Source of the DNA: Chrysomallon squamiferum | Lineage: Eukaryota > Animalia > Mollusca | NCBI GenBank assembly: GCA_012295275.1 | Contig: CM022678.1 | Location: 13,206,001-13,270,000, forward strand | Length of the DNA: 64,000 nucleotides | Reading direction: 5' to 3' | Shown here: piece after piece, positions 56,789 to 64,000 of the stretch | How positions within the stretch are numbered: the stretch's first letter is position 1 | Layout: every line of letters starts with the position of its first letter | Notes under the pieces: model-generated | The model's database searches: none | Seen by the model: the letters and a program-made list of their open reading frames with translations, nothing else | What the model was told of the DNA's origin: nothing | Program-made: the position numbers and the translations under genes

Positions 56789-57703
56789 CAGTGGCAGATC
56801 CTGAAATAAAACAAGTGTTGGTGGTGGCTGGATTGGGAGATCAGTTGTTTCCCAAAGATGCACATATTTTGCAAAGTTGTGATTTAAAGTAAAAATTGAA
56901 AAAAACGTTCTCTTTCTAATGAATGCTGATAATGTTAGATCAGTTAGATTGTCACAAATACTTTGGATGATGTGTATGCACCAACAATTGGTAGCTAAGT
57001 CAGTATGTTAATGTGATTTAACTGGCAAAAGTAATAAAAGAAGAAAAAAAGAGAACAGGAAAAGCAGGTGTTTCATTAATTAGTCAAGCAGTAAGGACTC
57101 GGACAGCATGTGGTGTGGTGCAAAGCCACAAAACTGTCAAAACCTGCTTTGTGCTTACTGTTCTTCAGAATAAACTGCTTTTCATACATCAGGACAATTT
57201 CAACTTCTTGAACATGTAAACAATTTGAATGGAGTTACCTATAACCAGTCTGGTGGTTCTTTCCTAATAGCATGAATCCAGCAACTCTTCATGTTTTACT
57301 GGTTTTGATGCATCTGTCATATCCAAGAAATGTAGGCAGATGGATACTATTTCTCAGCCTGAAATATTACAGGCTTCTTTTCATTGTACATTCGACTATG
57401 AAGAGTGCATTATGACCAGGTTTCCAGCAGTTATAATTAAAATACAACCAATTTCAGTTGGAAAAAAATGATGTCAATAAGTTGTTTTGTGTTGTACATT
57501 GGCAAAACTGTTATGGTTAAGATGAAATTATTAAATGTCAGAGATACAAATAACTTACAGGTGTCTGTGACATCATGTTTAATGTATTTTGATCAGTAGA
57601 GTGACTCTGTAAAATTTATAAAACTCAATCATTATATTTGGAATGAACATTAAAAAAAAAAAAAAGAAAAGAAGCAAATTCACCTCCACTGGATCAGCCA
57701 CTG
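56789..57703 (-). mobile_element. hAT-family deletion derivative
   Basis: TIRs CAGTGGCAGATCC / GGATCAGCCACTG. Minus-strand remnant at ~57380-57225 EACNISG*EIVSICLHFLDMTDASKPVKHEELLD..ERTT resembles the hAT DE..D.S.kEqls.clRyvd...E.fl motif. No 8-bp TSD retained. Confidence 0.7.
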
Positions 57704-58179
57704 TAATTTATTCTATTTTATTAAATGTTGTAATGGGTGTCAAACTGTATAATAACCAGTTCATATCAAAGTGTCAAGCTTACCTCGCTCTATGTCAAAT
57801 TCATCTTTGATTCACATGGTCAAAAATAAAATTGTTTAACATTTGTAAACTCCACTTTGCAGTTTTGTTCAGCATTGGCAACAGCTGGGCCTTTTCCTCC
57901 ACAGTGCAGGCTCAAAGCACTTTACAGTGAGAAAGAAAGAAGAAAATATAGACAAAAAAAAAATGGACTGATTATGATTTATATTGTAATAGTACTTACA
58001 AAAGTTTATTACAGTATATGGTTATTTGAATATAAATGGAGCAAAAATTAATATAAGAAACTTGAAACATGGTCTTTAGAGAACCTGGTTCAGTGTCCAA
58101 CTTCACAAAGCAGAGTATTACAGATTTCATTAGGTTTTTCTCAAGTTTTCTCAGACCTTCCAATAGCCTTTACAATCAC

Positions 58180-58590
58180 TGTGATAACCATATTTATTGT
58201 CTGACATAAAACAGTAGGTATCTCATATTTTTGTTGTTGATTACATATCTGCTGTTGTAGTAAAACACTAGGGATATCCATATTTATTGTTGTCAGACAC
58301 GCACTACATGTCTGCTGTTGTTGTAGTTTTAAAACACTAGGGATACCCGTATTTATTGTTGTCAGACATCAACTACATGTCTGCTGTTGTTGTAGTTTTA
58401 AAACACTAGGCGTACCCGTATTTATTGTTGTCAGACATGGTGGTAAAACAGTGGTGATTATATTTTTTAATTGTTTTAAAACATAGGAACATGTCATTTA
58501 TTGTTGTTGTCAGACATGATTATATTTTAATTGTTGTTGTCATTGGTAAAATGTCTAGGGATAACCATATTTATTGTTGTCAAACACTAG
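58180..58590. repeat. Degenerate ~70-bp minisatellite
   Basis: TATTTATTGTTGTCAGACA...CTACATGTCTGCTGTTGTTGTAGTTTTAAAACACTAGG repeated 2-3 times well, plus decayed copies. Confidence 0.8.
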
Positions 58591-59071
58591 AACCATGTCT
58601 GTTAATGAAAACACTGGCAATTGACTTTTTAATTTTAACTTTTTGTTAATACTTTTCCCAGATTTCACCCCATCCATTCATTTCATAAAACAGTGGTGAT
58701 TTGTTTTGGAATTGTTGTTAGTGATTTAATGACATTTCACCTGTCATCTTTACACTGATATGATTATATTGTAATACTTCAACCAACATTCCCAGGTCAA
58801 GAACACTGGATGGGTAGGTCCCATCAGGTGAGCAGATGTCACATCACCAGTATCATCACCAGAGGTCCTTGTCACTGAAGGACCCACCCCACAAGTCATC
58901 ATTATACAGTCCTGTGGCTGTGCACTTCTGCTCCTGGAACTTTGACGCAGGACTGCTGTGTTCCCTGATCTCATTGATGCACCCTTTGTAGATATATGTC
59001 ATGGTTCAGACAACTCTGATATCAACATGTCAGTCTGGTTGTTATTTGTGTATGGTTACTAATATGTATGT

Positions 59072-59121
<50 letters not shown>

Positions 59122-59316
59122 ATATGTGTATCATATGTTTTTCTTGTATCTGTATTAATGTGTGTCAGTGTGTATATATATTAATGTGTGTGTATGTATT
59201 AATGTGTGTGTGTTTCAGTATGTGTGATAGTAATGTGTATATTAGTGAATGTTGACTAATATTTCTGCACTTGGTGTGTATAAAATGTGTCATAGTGTTT
59301 ATGACATTGATATATA

Positions 59317-59362
<46 letters not shown>

Positions 59363-60226
59363 CTGTGATATATTGCTTGTGTGGTGTATGTGTGTGTTAC
59401 TAATACCTATGCCAATATTTGTATGTGTGTGTGTTTGTGTTTATATTATGAGCACAGCATTTTTTCTGTATGAATGTTTAATAAATTAATATAAAATTTC
59501 TGATGTTCAAAAGAAATGTTTATATATATACTTGTGTATAAGTCAAATTTTGGGAGACTATATTAAGTGTGTAATATTTTTGTGTATGACTTATACATAA
59601 GGTAATGTTTTGTAGCTGTTGCTGAAGAGTTGCCATTTTGACAATTTTTGCTACAGGATGCATCTAAAATATGAATGTAAAACATGATATTCTTCCGTTT
59701 AATGACATACAAATGTTTTAAAGCAAGAAAAATTAATAGTAATGGCGTTACGTTCGGCGTCTTGAATCTAGGAATGCAGACTTTCTGCCAAATTGCACTA
59801 AATATCGGTCCTAATTTCATAAACAAAACTCTCTTGTTTAATTGTAAAGAATTTGGTGAAATAATATTAATCATCATTAATATCCACTACCGACAAATTT
59901 TGTAAGTCATGGGCAGCTAAAATAAAGTTAGGTCTCCATGTTAGACCTATTACATTAAAGAGATACTTTTTATGATAGGGCAGAGGCTATCAGAGATTTA
60001 AACATGCATTTTTATTACATCTGTATTTGACAGTTATGTTACAACAATATAGGCCTTCATTGGCACTAAAACTGGTCTAAAAATATTTTTTTTTTTAAAT
60101 TTTTATTTTATTATACAAACTTTACCTAAAATATTCATTTTTGGTCTTAAAATACACATCAACTTATACAGAAAGGTCGCCTAGTACACAAATATACAGT
60201 AATTAGAATTGATAGAATTATTATTC

Positions 60227-60263
<37 letters not shown>

Positions 60264-63200
60264 TAGCTAAACATTTTTATTTTTGATAGTCTGGGCAGGA
60301 TTAATGACCAGTTGATACTGGAATGAAGTCATTTTTCAAATACTAACAGACAGACTGTCAGAGATTTAAAAGTTTTTATTAAACTTTCATAATAACATAC
60401 ATTTCCTTATTTTCTAAAATCTTTAAAATCACTCTTTTTTTCTTTGGTTAATTTTGACTAATACCATATTTCACGCTATGATGGTCTGAGCAGGAGCAGT
60501 GAATGATCTCTGGGATGAAATCACTGTTCCTATGGAGCAGTCAGGTCATCACAGAGACTTGTCCGGTTTTTCTTGCTTTATTGTAATCTAATGTGAAAGA
60601 AATAGTCAGAGACCTGGTGGGTCTCTGTGATTGTTAATAAAATAGTTCCAAACTTTATTCATATCCATTCTTAATATTTCATTTATCTTTATAGAAATCT
60701 AATTCAATTATTGTTGGCAAAGTAAATGCTGGTTTTCCAGCATTAGCTATTGGACTATAATCATTATTTCTTTCAAGAGACGTTGTTTAAATAATTTACT
60801 AATACTACTAATAATCAGCACATCTCTATTGAGCACATAAAAAATACTAACAACAAGTAAGAGCCAGAGTTTACATGTGTGATTCAGATTTCTGTAAGCA
60901 TGACATTTCTGTACAATGGATGCAGGATGAATGCGCTCATGGGGGTTCCATGGGTGGGGTACACATATACAGAGCTGGAAACACAGAAGAAAAAAAGAAA
61001 AACTTATAAAAAACTACTTCTGTTTGTTACTGATTAAACTGGAAAAGAATTTGGTGCAGTCAGTAATATTGTTTATGGTTTAAATTGTTCATTTTATTTT
61101 TATAAGCTTTAATATATTATGGGGAAAAACAGAAAATGTACATGACCGTTTGGACAAGAAAAGTTATATTAGAAATTTCTTCCTGGTAAAACAGTGTGAG
61201 TATACACATTACATTTTAACTTGAATCTTGTCATCATTTGTTTCTTTAACTCAGGATTAAATTTCCTAATTCCAACTGTAGAAAGGTTATAGTGAATATA
61301 TATAGAAAGGTATATTCTACATAGTTTTTTCAAATGATAAATAACCTTAAAAATAGTAATGATATTTTTTATATATATATTTGGCAAATGACATAGGATT
61401 AAATGTATGAATTATTACTTGAAAAATGTTTGCCAAATTTTTAATTAGAGGTCAGAGTTACATACTTTGTGTTCTGTGTTTGTGTGAATAAAATGAGAGG
61501 TGATTTATTTAAATTTTGTTAATATGATTTTAATAGATTTAGAACAGCATTCCTGCTTTTATACATATAAAATGTTTTTAGATTTGTTATTTTATGTGAT
61601 GATATTTATTTATATATATATGTATTTCACATTTTTACTTGGTTTTAAAAATGTATTTTGTAAACAGTTTCATTTTAGAAAAAAGCTATAAATGTTATTA
61701 TTTAACAAGTTTTTCAGTAAATATTAAAATATATTTTAATAAGAATGTATATCATCTGCTAATGTAATCACTTACTAAGAACAGAACAGCACACACCATA
61801 ATCTTTGATATTTTCTTTAAATATTCATTAATATAAATACTGTGGTGACTATAATTTTAATTAGAAATGTATGTATAATTTAGACTTATCTTATCAAGAT
61901 TTAAAAAATTGATTGAAACAATACTTTAAGGATGTGTTACTGACAAATAAAATAAAAAAACAACTCCATGAGCTATTCCAGTCAAGTAACAATACGTTCA
62001 GTGAGAACTGTGCCCAATCAGGCCAGTAGATTATCTTATTTCCTGCTTTGTAACATCAGTTTTATAAAGTATCTTCACTGGATTTCCTTCATTTCTCTAT
62101 TTTTTTATATTTTTAAATGGTATCTTTATTTTTTCATTGATTTTCTTGTTTGACTATTTTAATTCTGTTTCCAGGGAATTCATTAATGGCACCTCAGTTG
62201 TGTTCCCAGAAAACAGATTAAATGAGATTATTCAAGACATACTTTATTATTTCTGCTGTAATTTTCTTGATTTTTAACATTAATAAATCACGACATTACC
62301 ACTCCTCTGTATACCAAGAGGCTTAATTCAACCATTACAGACAGCCATAACTGATGTCTTATCATGTGTATTGGGTTGGTTCTCATACAAAATGGGTTGA
62401 TGATCATAACTGAGAATAGCTCATGGAACAACAGGTACTTTTCTCTCCAGCATCATTTTAATAAAACTCAGCTAATAACATTACAGACTGAAATGAGTAA
62501 TTGTGATCACACATTCTTCTATTTGATTGTTTTATTGTCTGAATGTGTTTTTCATATTATCTGAATATATATATATATATATGTAATTTTTTTTTTTTTT
62601 TCTCTGGAAATTCAGAATATCTTCTCTGTACTTTTTGCTGAAGTTTAATGAAAGTATTTCTCAATTCTGTCAGTCATAGGTTATTCTTGCATATTTATAT
62701 ATCCTTGTAAATTTCATAGAAACTTTTATCTGTTTAGCTTGCTGTCCTAGGAAATCAGAATAACTGCCCTGTTTGCCCAGAACTGAAAGTTAATGGCAAT
62801 AACTAATTTCTGTCAAATTTGTTTTCATATTTGTATACCCTTCGTTTATTTTTTCTGAATTCAGAATATCTTCTCTGTGCTGTTTAACAGCCTGAAAATT
62901 AATTAGTTATTTCATGTCTCTAGCTTCCATAGAAACATATTTTTATTATATTTTTATTTCAGTGTTTAATCTCACTGTCTGAGAGTTCTCTGTGACTCTT
63001 TGTACACTCAAAAAAAGTAGATAACCACTATTCTGTCATATTGTAGATTGTTCTGGCATCACAGGATTCATTATTCATTCTGTTTTAAATTTCCAATTTT
63101 ATTTATTTATTTATTTATTTATTTATTTTTCAAATATTTATTTAAATTTGTGTTTTCCTTTTTTTAAATGTTTGCTAAATATACTTAAATCTTTTGACAA

Positions 63201-63411
63201 TACTGATCGGCAATAATATTCTTGCTTTCCTGGTAAAACTTCTGTAATTCTTTTAATGAAATGTCATGTCCTAGTGAGTAGCTCAGGCCAAACTGAACTA
63301 TTTAAACTAATACCATTAACAACATCTATTGTTGTATGCATTCATGGCTCTGTATTCCTTTGTGGCCTGCCAACTTAACAAGAATGTCATCTTTATTTTA
63401 TGTTAAACAGT

Positions 63412-63773
63412 ACTGTCAGTGACATTAGCACTGATCAGAAAGTGTGATCAAAAGAGGCATGTTCCCTCCACTGTCACAGTCACAGTATTTGGCATCATTA
63501 GTCCAACTCTCTACTGTCTGGTGAAGGTTGGAAAGTGACTATGACAAACACATTCCATCTTTTTACTATCACAGTTGCACTATTTTGCATTGGATATAAA
63601 GTGTGGCTATGACAAACATAAGTCAGTACTTTAATGTCAGAGTCACACTCCCAGGCAAAGGTCAGAAAGGGTGACTATGACACTCCAGCACTTTCCTGTC
63701 ACAGTCACATTGTCAAGCATTGGTCAGAAGGTATGACTGTCAAGCATGCTCCCTTTTCAGTGTCACTGACAGT
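63412..63773. repeat. Multi-hairpin / palindromic-unit element
   Basis: Terminal ACTGTCAGTGACA / TGTCACTGACAGT enclose four alternating TGTCACAGTCAC ... GTGACTATGACA pairs. Confidence 0.65.
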
Positions 63774-64000
63774 GGTCAGAAAATGTACAGATGACAATTA
63801 TTATTATTATTATTATTTTTATTATTTCAAATACTTTGCTATATTGGCTGACATTTATAAAATATATTCAGTAATATTTTGTCAGTATTATTTCCTTATT
63901 AAGATATTTTTATATGCGTTTCTAAAGAATATAACCATTATTTACACTGTTATTTTATTATAAATGTTTTGTTATTTTATTATTATTATTATTATTATTA

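Noticed and set aside
59563-59905. 104-aa and 73-aa overlapping ORFs
   Set aside because: No recognisable motif or splice context.
60608-60628. Hairpin CAGAGACC-TGGTG-GGTCTCTG
   Set aside because: A single 8-bp stem is expected by chance and has no supporting context.

Overview
AT-rich, microsatellite-rich eukaryotic (animal) genomic DNA with spliceosomal introns. An invertebrate, probably molluscan, origin is inferred from gene content and not proven. There are no prokaryotic features, and almost all ORFs in the supplied track are repeat artefacts. From left to right the window holds: (1) a ~12 kb satellite of 51-53 bp units ending just before a likely terminal coding exon (12260-12559). 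(2) A + strand multi-exon gene or pseudogene (~15.9-23.2 kb) joining a ~2.8 kb acidic 14-aa repeat exon (DETENEQDDNKKEL)n to an intact C-terminal cyclase-associated-protein (C-CAP/CARP) domain and a Thr-rich tail. (3) Decayed L1/Tx1-type LINE fragments (26.4-29.3 kb). (4) A - strand, disabled and truncated CAMSAP/Patronin CH-domain gene (30.1-46.9 kb). Its large intron holds a full-length intron-containing Sola1-type DNA transposon (36542-43136, AATT TSD), which itself carries a nested, internally deleted Sola2-like element (38783-40696). (5) Sushi + galectin-like exons immediately upstream of the CAMSAP exons on the same strand (47.6-49.0 kb). (6) A hAT deletion derivative, MITE-like elements, minisatellites and a multi-hairpin element near the end. 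All family assignments come from manual translation and remembered motifs; no database search was run.
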